Source of the DNA: Centroscyllium fabricii
Lineage: Eukaryota
Assembly (NCBI GenBank): GCA_051313645.2
Contig: JBNRSN020000003.1
Location: forward strand, 78,492,001 to 78,556,000
Direction of reading: 5' to 3'
Length of the DNA: 64,000 nt
Part shown: piece by piece, positions 49,830 to 62,636 of the stretch
Position numbering within the stretch: position 1 is the stretch's first letter
Layout: every line of letters starts with the position of its first letter
Position numbers and translations under genes: made by a program
The notes under the pieces: model-generated
Database searches by the model: none
Seen by the model: the letters and a program-made list of their open reading frames with translations, nothing else
What the model was told of the DNA's origin: nothing

Positions 49830-50550
49830 TCTTGTGCACCAGTCACTGAGGGCGAGCATGCAGGTGCAACAGGCGGTTAAGAAGGCAAATGGTATGTTGG
49901 CCTTCATATGAAGAGGGTTCGAGTATAGGAATAAGGATACCTTACTACAGCTGTACAAGGCACTGGTGAGACTACACCTTGAGTATTGTGTACAGTTTTG
50001 GTCGCCTCATCTGAGGAAGGATGTTCTTGCCATGGAAGGAGTGCAGCGGCGATTCACCAGGATGATACCTGGAATGGCAGGAATGACCTACGAGGAGAGA
50101 TTGTGTAGTTTGGGCTTGTACTCGCTGGAGTTTAGAAGATTGAGAGGGGATCTCATCAAAACATATAAAATTCTGACAGGCCTGGACAGGTTAGATTCAG
50201 AAAGAATGTTTCCAATGGCGGGGGAGTCCAGAACTAGGGGCCACAGTCTAAGGATAAGGGGTAAACCATTTAGGACAGATATGAGGAAGAATTTCTTCAC
50301 CCAGAGAGTGGTGAGCCTGTGGAATTCCTTGCCACATAGGGCAGTGGAGGCCAGTTCATTAAATATATTTAAGAGGGAATTGGATATATTTCTTCAGGCT
50401 AAAGGGATTAAGGGTTACGGAGAGAAGGCGGGGACGGGGTACTGAACTTGAAAGATCAGCCATGATCTCAGCCAAAGATCAGCCATGATCTCATTGAATG
50501 GCTCGAAGGGCCGAATGGCCTACTCCTGCTCCTCTCTTCTATGTTTCTCA
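49830..50550 (+). mobile_element. CR1 3' fragment
   Basis: [28 protein letters not shown]; local duplication aaagatcagccatgatctca in the 3' UTR. Confidence 0.92.
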
Positions 50551-50955
50551 CCAAAGAACCATTGTGTGTCCAACAGTAAGAATTCTGTTAGCAGTGGGCA
50601 AGATTACATTTAGCCTTTATTATTTGAATGTTTCTTCTGAATGGGAAGTTCTGTGTTGAATCTTTAGCAAGTGAACCTGAGTTTCTCAGGTTTTCCTTCC
50701 ATTTTGGCCACAGCAGTTTACAAAGTGCCCATATTACTGTCTTCAGGCCTTCACATAGGATGTCCCAAAGGTTGCCGAAAAGCTATTTTCCTGCAGGTCA
50801 CTCTTACTGCTTTTAGTCTTTTTATCAAGGTGGAGGGGGGTTGTCAAACAGTAAATTATTTTTCATTCACAGCTGGCTAGATTTATTTTTTTCAGAACAA
50901 TGTGAGGGAGAGCATTATGAGCCGAGATCACCATTTGCTCAGTGTTTGTATCTAA

Positions 50956-52767
50956 TCATCTTCTCTTCTTCTTAGGCAGTCCCTCAGAACTGAAGATGAC
51001 TTGCTTCCACATTAACAATGAGTTCTGACTGATGAGTCCACTGCAAGACCTACAGTCTCCGTCACAGGTGGGGCAGACGGTGGTTGAAGGGGCGGGTGGG
51101 TGGGGTGCTTGGGTTGACGTGCGCTCCTTGCACTTGGTTTCCGATTGCTCCCGGCAAAGTGACTCGAGGTGTTCGGCGCCTTCCCGAATGCTTCTCCTCC
51201 ACTTTGTGCGGTCTTGGGCCAGGGATTCCCAACTGTTGGTGGCGATGTTACACTTTTTCAAGGAGGCTTTGAGGGTGTCCTTGAAGCATTTCCTCTGCCC
51301 ACCTGGGGCTCTCTTGCCGTGCCGGAGCTCCACGTAGAGCACTTGTTTTGGGAGTCTCGTATCGGGCATGCGGACAACGTGACCCGTCCATTGGAGCTGA
51401 TCGAGCGTGGTCAAAGCTTCGATGCTGGGGATGTAGGCCTGAGCAAGAACACTGACGTTGGTGCGCCTATTCTGCCAATGGATTTGCAGGATCTTGCGGA
51501 GGCAGTGTTGGTGGTACCTCTCCAGTGCTTTGAGGTGCCTGCTGTACATGATCCATGTCTCTGAGGCATACAGCAGGGCGGGTATCACTGCTGCTCTGTA
51601 GACCATGAGCTTAGTGCCGGGTTTGAGGTCCTGGTCGGAGGTCAAACTCCAAACCATCGTCAACACCTTCACCGGAGTACGAGAGCATGGGCCTTACACT
51701 AAACACCCATAAGACAAAGGTCCTCTACCAACCTGCCCCCGCCACACAGTACTGCCCCCCGATTATCAAAATCCACGACAAGGCCTTGGACAACGTAGAC
51801 CACTTTCCATACCTTGGGAGCCTACTGTCAACTGGGGGTCCTGGTGCACGAAACTCAAAAGGTTAGTATGCAGGTGCAGCAAGTAATTAAGAAGGCCAAT
51901 GGAATGTTGGCTTTCATTGCTAGGGGGATAGAATATAAAAATAGGGAGGTATTGCTTCAGTTGTACAAGGTATTGGTGAGACCGCACCTGGAATACTGCA
52001 TACAGTTTTGGTGTCCATACTTAAGAAAGGACATACTCGCTCTCGAGTCAGTACAAAGACGGTTCACTCAGTTAATCCCAGGGATGAGGGGTTGGACATA
52101 TGAGGAGAGGTTGAGTAGATTGGGACTCTACTCATTGGAGTTCAGAAGAATGAGGGGAGATCTTATTGAAACATATAAGATTGTGAAGGGGTTGGATCGG
52201 GTGGATGCGGGGAAGATGTTCCCAATGATGGGTGAAACTAGAACTAGGGGGCATAAACTTAGAATAAGGGGCTGCTCTTTCAAAACTGAGATGAGGAGAA
52301 ACTACTTCACTCAGAGGGTAGTAGGTCCATGGAACATGCTGCCCCAAAAAGCTGTAGAAGCTACCTCATTACATAAATTTAAAACAGAAATAGACAGTTT
52401 CCTAGTAGTAAAAGGGATTAAAGGTTACGGGGAGCAGGCAGGAACTTGGACATGAGTTTAGGTTCAGATCGGTCATGGCCCTGTGGGTAGTGGAGCGGGC
52501 CTGATCCTGCTCCTATTTCCTGTGTCGAATTCTGTTAGATGCAGGAGATGCTTCTGTGATAGTAGGTTGGTTGTTAGGATCAGATCAGCCATGATCTTAT
52601 TGAATGGCGGGGCGGGCTCGAAGGGCCGATTGGCCTACTCCTGCTCCTATTTCTTATGTTCTTACGTTCTTATGTAACAAGGGCAGACATCGACGACGAA
52701 GTCCAACACCGCCTTCACTGTGCCTGTGCAGCCTTTGGTTGCCTGAGGAAGAGAGTGTTTGAAGACC
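50956..52767 (-). mobile_element. RTE (BovB-like) LINE with 5' inversion: 50956-51636 minus; 51637-51832 and 52676-52767 plus
   Basis: TKLMVYRAAVIPALLYASETW..WTGHVVRMPDTRLPKQVL; (AAG)n-like tail; the plus segment LDNVDHFPYLGSLLS|TRADIDDEVQHRL..LRKRVFED continues into the minus segment DQDLKPGTK. Confidence 0.85.
51833..52675 (+). mobile_element. CR1 3' fragment nested in RTE, with duplicated 3' stem-loop module
   Basis: 213-aa open frame; stem-loop modules at ~52465-52522 and ~52578-52655; (TTCTTATG)n tail; AAC duplication at the junctions. Confidence 0.9.
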
Positions 52768-52789
52768 GAATCATGCTCTCATCTTCTCC

Positions 52790-53370
52790 TGCCACATCTA
52801 AAAACTGTCAATTCAGGACTATAGGACAGGCATGGAGAATAATAGGTAAAATGGCAGGGTAATCTTCCATAAATTTATTAGGACCATCTCTCTGCTCAAC
52901 TCAAAGATCATCCTAATCTCCCATAAGGTTGATACACTTTCTTAAAGAAAACTCTGACCTGCAACAAAATTGAAGTCCCAATCTATAATCGATTGGCTAC
53001 TTCTTTAACATTAGATAAGAACACCTCCAGGACCTGTATTATGTGCATACAGGTTACTCACAATAACCCTGATCATGCCAAAGGAACCACAATACAGCTC
53101 TCCTTTCTGGGTCCTTCGCACAGTTCCACTGTGAATGGAACAGATTTCTGTACAAGCATTACCAACCCATTTTCGAGGGTACATTTTCCCCAACTGTAAT
53201 TTCTTAAGCTTTAAGGACACTTTCTCCTCTAAATCGGTATCCTGTAAAAAAGGCAACTCCAGTCTTAATCGACTTAAATCCTGCAGAATTTTTAAGCGCT
53301 TGACTGGATTTTGGATTCCCATCACATTCCAGGAGACCAGCTTAACGCAGGAATCACTGACAGCCATAAC
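52790..53370 (-). mobile_element. Degenerate L1-clade ORF2 endonuclease fragment
   Basis: VKLVSWNVMGIQNPVKRLKIL..FLQDTDL; NLYAHNT; reverse ggggacttcaat (GDFN) at ~52970. Confidence 0.7.
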
Positions 53371-53865
53371 TCTGTTTTAATTCTGAAGTTCAAAAAGCTT
53401 AGTAAATTAACCTAATCCACAACTTTATGGTGAGTGATCAATGTGATATTTAACTTTCTACCATCAGCATGATTATTTAATTGATGAAATGGTGCAGCTC
53501 AGCAGTAGTCAGAGGTTTTTACTGGTTGTTCACAGGTACTGTCGGTGAATTCCTTTGATGTGAACCTGGTAAAACCCTCCATGGCAATCTTAACACGGAT
53601 TACCATGGCTCCTTCAGTTTTGGCCGATTAATAATAATATAAATAAAAAGGTCACCGCATCAGATATATAAAGTTAAATTTGGAGACTATTATTGATTAG
53701 TAAAGTTTGCTTACAGTTTTATTTCACAATTTACTAGAACCTACAGTTACAAGTTTACTTTTTAAACTAAAGCCATAATCTGGTGATTTTTTGGGGGCAG
53801 GTGCAAGGACGGGGGATTTTGTAATTATAACTTACAGTATAAATTATATACTTTAGCTTATACTA

Positions 53866-54374
53866 CGGGTTGAGCACCAGTAATCCGTTACCCAAAAAAC
53901 CGGCAGCTTCGAACGTCCAGCAATAATTTCCCCGACTGCGCCGCACATGCGCAAAATGGCCACCGCAATGGATGCTTCGGTGACTGATCTGCGCATGCGC
54001 CACCAAACGGTGAGCGCATGCGAAGATCATTCACTGACCTCTCCGAGCCCAGCCCCTCCGAGCCCAACCCAACCGCTCCGAGCCCAGCCCCGCCTCTCCG
54101 AGCCCAGCCCAGCCCAACCTCTCTGAGCCCAGCCTCGCCTCTCCGAGCCCTGCCCGGCCTCTCAGAGCCCAGCCTCGCCTCTCCGAACCCAGCCCAGCCT
54201 CTCGGAGCACAGCCTCGCGCCTCCGAGCCCAACCTCGCCGGGCCTCTCCGAGCCGATCCCGGGCCTCCCCGAACGACAAGCGCATGCGCTCACCGACGCT
54301 TCAATCGTTCGGGATTTTCATTTTCCCGGCACGGGCCTGGTCCCGCCCGTGCCGGATTAACGGTGCTCAACCTG
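53866..54374 (-). mobile_element. Tigger/pogo-like MITE, copy D, with internal degenerate GAGCCCAGCCTCGCCTCTCC minisatellite (54038-54255)
   Basis: TIRs CGGGTTGAGCACCAGTAATCCG / CGGATTAACGGTGCTCAACCTG; TA TSD at 53864-65 and 54375-76; reverse orientation relative to copy A. Confidence 0.87.
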
Positions 54375-54435
54375 TATAAGCTACAAAAATTATAAAATTA
54401 ATTATTCTCTGTGTCAAATCTCCATCTACCAAATA

Positions 54436-55372
54436 GATAGTATTTACAGCACAGAAACAGACCATTCGGCCCAACAGGTCCATGCTGGTTTTATGCTCTA
54501 AACGAGCCTCCTCCCACCTGTCTTTATCTAACCCCATCAATATATTATTCTTATCCTTTCTCCTTCATTTATTTATCTAGCTTCCCCTTAAAGTGAGTGC
54601 CACATTCTAACAACCCTGAATGAAGAAGTTTCTCCTGAATTCCCTATTGGATTCATTAGTGACACTCTTCTATTTATGGCCCCTAGTTCTGGTCTCGCCC
54701 GCAAGTTGAAACATCTTCTCTACGTCTACCCTATTTAACCCTTTCATAATCTTAAAGACCTCTATCACGTCACCCCTCCATCTTCTCTTTTCTAGAGAAA
54801 AGAACCCCAGCCTGTTCAATATTTGGCGATAGGTAGAACCTCTCAATTCAATTCAATTCAATTTTATTGTCATTGCAGTGTACTAGTACAATACAACGAA
54901 ACGAAGACTCGCCGCTCCCGAGAGCAGTGCAAATAAGTTACATACAATTGCATACAATAAAGTACATTTCAGGTGTGCAGATACTGGAGTTTTTTGTTAA
55001 GAGTTCAGTTCTGGTATCATTCTAGTAGATCTTTTTTGCACCTTCTCCATTGCTTCTGTACCTTTTTATAATATGAAAACCAGAACTGTTCACAGTACTC
55101 CAAGTGTAGTCGAACCAAGGTTCTATATAAGTTTAACATAATAACCCCTCTGCTTTTCAATTCTATCCCTCTAGAAATAAACCCCAGAGCTTTGTTTGCT
55201 TTTTTAATGGCCTGATTAACCTGCGTTGCTACTTTTAGTGTACTATGTATCCGTACTTTCAGACCCCACTGTTCCTCTACCCCATTTAGACACTTATTTG
55301 CCAAGGAATATGTGGCCTCCTTATTCTCCCTACCAAAATGTACCACCTCACACTCATCTATATTGAAGTTCA
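54436..55372 (-). mobile_element. CR1 3' fragment interrupted by a short (AATTG)n-tailed retro-insertion (~54845-55003)
   Basis: CEVVHFGR..LVRLHLEYCEQFW; the insert ends aatgacaataaaattgaattgaattg on the minus strand, similar to 62496-62636. Confidence 0.8.
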
Positions 55373-56429
55373 ATCTAGATATAATGGCGGTTTTGCACTC
55401 CTAGTCACTCAGGCAACACTTTGCTGGTAATTGCAGTGATGTTTGTTAAGCAAGTAATACCCTGTACCTCAGGATTTGCTAAATTACACAGGCCTGCTTC
55501 AACCCGTGAGGAAGCAGCTTAGACAAGGCACAGATTTTTAGGGGAGGTTGAGTTTGATGATTTTGTAACAGGGTCTGAAGGCACTATGAACATAAATAGA
55601 TAGGGATGAAACTAACAAACACATTTCAAGCGGCTAGAAAGTTAGAGATATTTTTAATTTTTTTAAGTAATTTTTGATTCTTGCTGCTTTCACGGTTAAA
55701 GCACCTTACCACTACTCTTTTTCTCATTATTTTCTTAGACCTACTTTTTAACAAAAATAAATCTATATGTATAGGGGTTTGATATACTATGTAAATCTAT
55801 CTGTGCCTAGATTTCCTGTGGAAATCCGTCCCTTGAAAGTATTAACTCCTTGATGGGCTAAGGTTCAACCAGGAAAATGTCCTTCAGTACCCCAGTCAGT
55901 TGCATTATTCAAATGGGTGTCTCAACAGTGAATGTTGGCCGGCTATTCAACTACAGAGACATCACAGCCAAACCCAATCTTGCTCTTAACTGATGTCCAC
56001 GTGTCACACCTTTAGCAATGGTCACTGGAATCGTGGGTGATTTACCCCCTATGTAATCCAGAAATGCTGATGCCAATTGCAGTGCTCCTGACACTGGCCA
56101 GACTGAGATCAAATAACTCAGCACAGACAGAGACCAAATCTAGGACGCTCCTAGAAAAACTTGCTCCGCCATCAGGGGATTCCTATACAATGTCTTTTAT
56201 TCCTTGCCAGTATGTTTCCTCTCTCATGCATCAAGTCTGAGCTGTGTGTTCGATCAGGATTGTTACGCCATGGACAGTTGACATGGGGATATGTTTCTGA
56301 AGGACAGAACTGGTTCTACCCAAAGATAATCTCTATTTAAGACAATGCACTCCTCATTCATAAAGTATTCGATCTCGCTGCCCTACCAAGAACTGGCTAA
56401 ACACTCACTGTGGCGAGGAAGGAACAACT

Positions 56430-59400
56430 GAGGTGTAAAGAACAAGGAGGGGAAGGGAATCTTGAATGTGTACAAGAGAACTTTCTTGATCAGTATGTTT
56501 CCAGCCTCGATCTAGTCTTGGGGAATGAAGTTGGGCAAGTGAAGCATGTTTGAGTAAGAGAGCATTTGGGAAAAAGTGATCAAAATATCATTAGGTTTCG
56601 AGTAGTTATGGAAAAGGACAAAGAACAATCAAAGGTGAAGATACTCAACCGGATGAGGGTTAATTTCTGCAAGTTGAAAAGGAATCTGGCACAGGTAAAT
56701 TGGCAGGTAAAACAGTAAATGAGGTCTTCAAGGAGGAGATAGTTCAGGTACAGACGAAGCACATTTCTATCAGGTAGAAAGGAAAGGCATCCAAAGCTGG
56801 AGCTCCCTGGTTGACGAAAGAAATTGTGATTAAAATAAAACAGAAAAAAGAGGCCCATGATAACTGTCAGGTTCATAACACAGTAGAGAATCAAGCAGAA
56901 TACAGAAAGTTCAGAGGAGAACTGAAAAAGGAAATAAGAGGGGCTAAGAAAAATGTAGATTAGTGAGTAACATAAAAGGGAACACAAAAGTATTTAATAA
57001 ACATATAGGGTGAAAAATTGGCAGTCTAGCGCCTGCCCGTTAGTGTCCTAAGAGGGGCGCAAGAGGTTTTAGCATCGGGCGCAGAAATTTTAGTGCCAGG
57101 TGCAAACTTCGGCAGGCGAACGTCGGCGGCGCTAACCGTTAGTGCCCGCTGCTGGGCACACGGCGATCATTACCTGATTTCCTCGTGCAACGCCCTTCGT
57201 CAGGTCAGCGCCGGAAATTCAGCAGCGCCCGCCTACCTAACACGCAGTGCTGCCCACGCCAGGTTTCAGGAACGCAGCCGCCGCGATGTGGGTCTGCTGG
57301 GGCGGTATTTAAAGGGACACACTTCCTGCCTTTGGTGTGGCAACCATTTTGCCAGCATTCGGAAAGAGAGAGAGACAAAGAGATTTTGAGAGAGGAAATG
57401 CTGCTCTTGTTACAATCACTGCTTCCTGAAGTCAGCAGGGAGTGCCTGGAATGGGAGGAAGACCCTCCCCCTTTAAGAGCTGACCGGCGCTGACCTTTCT
57501 GGGAAGGCCATATGTGACAGATCAAGCGCTGCGCCCTCGCTCGCTGCTAGCACCTGAATTTTCACCATTTGCGCCCGTGCAACGCCTGATTTATCGCTGC
57601 AATCTCCTACGCGGGCACTAAACCGAATATCGGGAGTTCCGGCGCTAATTTGCGCCCGGCGCTAATTTTGGCGCTGCGCCCACTGCAGCGCCCCAAAACG
57701 TGCGCTGACCAATTTAGCCCCCATAAAGTGTGAAAGGATAGTGATAGGAAGGGTGGGGCCGATTAAAGATCAAATAGGAAATCTTCTTGTGGAGGGCAGA
57801 GAGTATGGCTGAGATACTAAATTAGTACTTTGCATCCATCTTCACAAAAGAGGAGGATCCGGCCAATGTCAAAGTAAAGGAGGAGGGGATAGAGAAATTG
57901 GATAGGATAAAAATAGATATAGAGGAGATACTTAAAATGTTGGAAGTGCTTCAAGTAGAAAAGTCACCCAGTTCGGATGGGATGCACCCTAGGCTGCTGA
58001 GGGAAGTAAGGGTGGAAATAGCGGAGGCTCTGGCCGCAATCTTTCAATCCTCCTTGGATATGGGGGTGATGCCAGAGGACTAGAGGTTGCAAATGTTACA
58101 CTCTGTTCAAAGAGGTGGAGAAGGTTAAACCCAGTAACTATAGGCCAGTCAGCCTAATGTCGGGAAATCATCTAGAGACCATAATCCGGGACAAAATTAA
58201 TTGTCACTTGGAAGAACGACAGCCAACATAAGATTTGTTAAAGGAAAATTGTGTCTGAAAAACTTAATTGTGTTCTTCGATGAAGTTACAGAGGGGGTTG
58301 ATGAAAGTAGTGCAGTTGATGTATATATAGACTTTCAAAATGCATTCGATAAAGTGCTGCATAATAGACGTTAGTAAAACTGAAGCCGATGGGATTACGG
58401 CAATGTGGATACGAAATTGGTTAAGAGACAGAAAGCAGAGTATTGGTGAACGATTGTTTATCAGACTGGAGGGAAGTATACAGTGGTGTTACCCATAATA
58501 TATACTTTGATTATATTAATGGATATAGGAAGCAAAATTTTAAAATTTGCAAATTTGCAGCAGGCGGTTAAGAAGGCAAATGGTATGTTGGCCTTCGTAG
58601 CAAGAGGGTTCGAGTACAGGAACAAGGATGTCTTGCTGCAGCTGTACAGGGCCTTGGTGAGGCCGCACCTTGAGTAGTGTGTGCAGTTTTGGTCGCCTTA
58701 TCTGAGGAAGGATGTTCTTGCCATGGAAGGAGTGCAGCGAAGATTCACCAGGCTGATACCTGGGATGGCAGGAATGACGTATGAGGAGAGATTGTGTCGA
58801 TTGGGCTTATACTCACTGGAGTTTAGAAGATTGAGAGGGGATCTCATCGAAACCTATAAAATTCTGTCAGGCCTGGACAGACTAGATGCAGGATGTTCCC
58901 GATGGCTGGGGAGTCCAGAACCAGGGGTCATAGTCTAAGGATAAGGGGTAAGCCATTTAGGACTGAGATGAGGAGGAATTTCTTAACCCAGAGAGTGGTG
59001 AACCTGTGGAATTCTCTGCCACAGAGGGCAATTCATTAAATATATTCAAGAAGGAGTTGGATATATTCCTTAAGGCTAAAGGGATCAAGGGATATGGGGA
59101 GAAAGCAGGGACAGGGTACTGAGTTTGGCTGATCAGCCATGATCTCATTGAATGGCGGAGCAGGCTCGAGGGGCCGAATGGCCTACTCCTGCTCCTATCT
59201 TCTATGTTTCTATGACACAAAACTCGAATATGCAGTAAACAGTGGAGGACAGGAGCAGACTTCAGAAAGACACAGATAAACCGGTGAAATAGCCAGACAC
59301 ATAGCAGATGAAATTTAATGCCGAGAAATTTGAAGTGATGCATCTTGGAAGGAAGAATGAAAAGCAATATAAATTAAAAGGTACAATTTTAAAGGGGTGC

Positions 59401-60200
59401 AGGGACAAAGGTTTAAATATACAAATCTTTGAAGGTGGTAGAACAAGTTGATAAGGCTGTTAAAAAAGCATATAAATAGAGGCAATTAAGTTATGCTAAA
59501 CCTTTATAAATCACTGGTTGGGCCTCAGCTGGAGTATTGTGTCCAATTTTGGGGACCACACTTTAGGAAGGATGTGAAGGCCCTGGAAAGGATGCAGAGG
59601 AAATTTACTAGAATGGTACCAGGAAGGAGGGACTTCAGTTATATGAAGAGGCTAGAGAAGCTGGGATTGTTCTTCCTGGAGCAGAGAAGGTTAAGGGGAG
59701 ATTTAATAGAGGTTTGATAGAGAGAAACTGTTTCCATTGGCAGGAGGGTTGATAACCAGAGGACACAGATTAAAGTGAAATGGGAGGGGTGGGGGGGGGG
59801 GGGGGGGGAGAGAGAGAACCAGAGGGAGAAGAACAACTTTTTTTTTCACGCAACAAGTTCTGATGATCTGGTGATCACTGCCTGAAAGGTTTGTAAAAGC
59901 AGATTCAATAGTAACATTCAAAAGGGAATTAGATATATACTTGAAATGGAAATATTTACAGGGCTATGGGGAAAGAGCAGGAGAGTGGGACTAATTGGAT
60001 GGCTCTTTCAAAAAGCCATGCACAGGCACGATGGGCTGAATTAGTTTTGGGACCAGTGCTGTTTCTAATTTACATCAATGGCCTGGATTCAGAAGCCCAT
60101 TGCAAATTGATCAAATTTTCAGATGATACCAAACTGGAAGAGGCAGCTCAGAAATTACAGAATAAGCTGGACAAAATATATACACGGGTAGCATAATGGC
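56430..60200 (+). mobile_element. Old CR1 LINE with nested younger CR1 (~58556-59213) and Harbinger-like insertion
   Basis: KSPSSDGMHPRLLRE; [18 protein letters not shown]; CR1 tails. Confidence 0.8.
57008..57722. mobile_element. Non-autonomous Harbinger-like element, rich in GCGCC/GGCGC
   Basis: Ends gggtgaaaaattgg / ccaatttagccccc; 3-bp ATA TSD at 57005-07 and 57723-25; CR1 flanks rejoin. Confidence 0.72.
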
Positions 60201-60223
60201 AGATAATTCAGACACAATTGTAA

Positions 60224-60509
60224 TGTAGCGTAGCCACTCAAGAGAGTCATCCGATCTCTCTAGGACTCAGAATCCACCTTTCCCAAACGGGCCCTCCCCC
60301 GTTTCCCCATTGATCAAGTTAGGTCAACGGTTACGGTCCCTGACTGGTCCGTAGGGCTGTCACTCAAGAGCTCCACAGTGCTTTCCGTTTTTGCACCGTT
60401 TTCTCTCAGTTCTGCGTGGTTGTACTTGAATAAAGACTTATCTGATTTTGCTCCGCTGTTTTCCTCCGTTTCTCGATAATTAAAGAGTGGGAAACTAAGG
60501 TTCCCCACA
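60224..60509 (+). repeat. 5' LTR of Gypsy element (start may be 60219)
   Basis: TG..CA; AATAAA at ~60429; followed by PBS TGGTGACCCCGA (60512-60523) complementary to the tRNA-Trp 3' end. Confidence 0.8.
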
Positions 60510-62495
60510 ATTGGTGACCCCGAATGTCAGACAGTGAAAATGCTGACCCAAACACGCCCACAGCGGCCAGCCAGATTGAACGGCCATCGACTACAAGTCT
60601 CCCTACCTTTTGGGAACACCAAGCAGCCACTTGGTTCATACAAACTGAGGCTCAGTTCTGCCTACGACGCATTACCCAAGATGAGGACCGCTATCTCCTC
60701 GTTGTTGCAGCCCTGCCGAGCTACGTCGCCGCCAACATTGTCGACCTGCTCCGCGACCCGCCGCCAGCTGACAGGTACGCTGCTGTCAAGAAGCGCTTGC
60801 TACAAGCCCACGACCTACTGGATGCCGTGCGGGCCCGGCAACTTCTCGAACACACGGTTCTCGGTGACTCCACGCCCACACGCTTAATGAACCGGATGCT
60901 CGCCCTGCTTGTCGACCTCAGGGAATGACCTTTGTTCAGGGCACGCTTCATCAACCTGCTTCCGCAACCGGTGCAGTCCGCGTTAGTGAACATTAAAGGT
61001 GGGGACTATGCCGATTTGGCCGCTACTGCAGACCGCATCTGCCTGTGCACACCTTACACAGGCACCGCCACGAGGCCCCCAACCCCCACGTCGCAACCAA
61101 CGCCCCGCCCACGACCGGAGCTTTGCTATGATCACGCACGCTTTGGCCCGAACGCCCACCGCTGCCGACCGCCTTGCTCCGTCGACGGCAAACTGGCCCA
61201 ACGCAAGCCCAAGACTTCGAATCAGCCACGCCGCCATGGTCCAGCCGCTGCTAACGCCATAGGCACAGCAGGTCAGCTGCTCTATGTTACAGGCTCTCTG
61301 TCCGGCCAACAATTCCTCTGTGACACAGGGGCCCAGCTCAGCATCTTACCAGCCACGTGCTCCGATCGACGGTCCGGCCGCAGCAGCCCACTCCTCGTGG
61401 CCGTGAATGGCGTTGCTATAGCCACATTCGGTAAGCGGCGAGCTGAAATCCGACTGGGCGACCAACGCTTTGCATGGGACTTTGTCACGGCCAATATAGC
61501 ACGTCCATTGCTGGGCGCGGATTTCCTTTGTGCCCACGGCCTGCTCGTGGACGTCCAGGGCAGACGTCTGATGGATGCATCTACTTTCACATCGTTGCCT
61601 GCCAGCAAAGTGATGGCCAACCCCTCGTTAGCTCCTGCTCTCCTCCTCCGGGCGACAAGTACGCACACCTGCTGGCCGAGTTCCCAGCCATCATGCAGCC
61701 GACTTTCTCCGACGGGTCGGCCAAACACGCCGTCCAACATCATATCGCCACTACTGGTCCGCCGGTTTTCACCAGAGCCAGACGCCTCGATCCTGCAAAG
61801 ATGGCGGTGTCCAAGCAAGAATTCTCTGCCCTGGAGAAGTTCGGAATCATTCGACCTTCCAACAGTCCGTGGTCGTCCCCACTCCACATCGTCCCGAAGC
61901 CAGGAGGCGGTTGGCGACCATGTGGTGATTACCAACGCCACCACGTCGGACAGATACCCGGTACCACATATTCAGGACTTCTCGGCCCATTTGGCGGGCA
62001 TTACCATTTTTTCGAAAATCGACCTCGTCCGAGGGTATCACCAGGTCCCGGTCCATCCGGATGACATTCAAAAAACAGCCATTATTACGCCTTTTGGACT
62101 TTTTGAATTTTTGCGCATGCCTTTCGGGTTAAAGAATGCAGCACAGGTTTTTCAACGGTTGATGGACTCTGTCCTTCGGGACTTGGACTTTTTGTTTGTA
62201 TATCTTGATGATATTTTAGTTGCTAGTGTTAACGAATGTCAACATGTGATGCACCTGCGCTCTCTTTTTCAGAGATTGGCCCATCACCGCCTAATTGTTA
62301 ACCCAGTTAAATGCCAATTCGGCTGCCCTGAAATTAATTTTCTTGGTCATCACATCTCCCGTGGTCGTCCCTTTGCGCTCCAAGGTATAAGTGGTAGTGG
62401 ATTTTCCCCAGCCTAACTCGGTTAAGTCACTCCAGGAATTTCTTGGAATGGTTCATTTTTACCACCGTTTCATTCCTCAAGCGGCCTCCATCATG

Positions 62496-62636
62496 GAGTT
62501 GAACAGACTGGGACTTGAAGCAGTGGACATTTTAACATCTGCATCGTTTCTTGGGAGTTTGCAAGAATGCATTTCATTGTATTGTGTTTGCTCACTCTGC
62601 AATGACAATAAATTGAATCTAATCTAATCTAATCTA
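62496..62636 (+). mobile_element. Short retro-insertion with (AATCT)n tail inside Gypsy pol
   Basis: TSD ATCATG at 62490-62495 and 62637-62642; ends aatgacaataaattgaatctaatctaatct. Confidence 0.8.
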
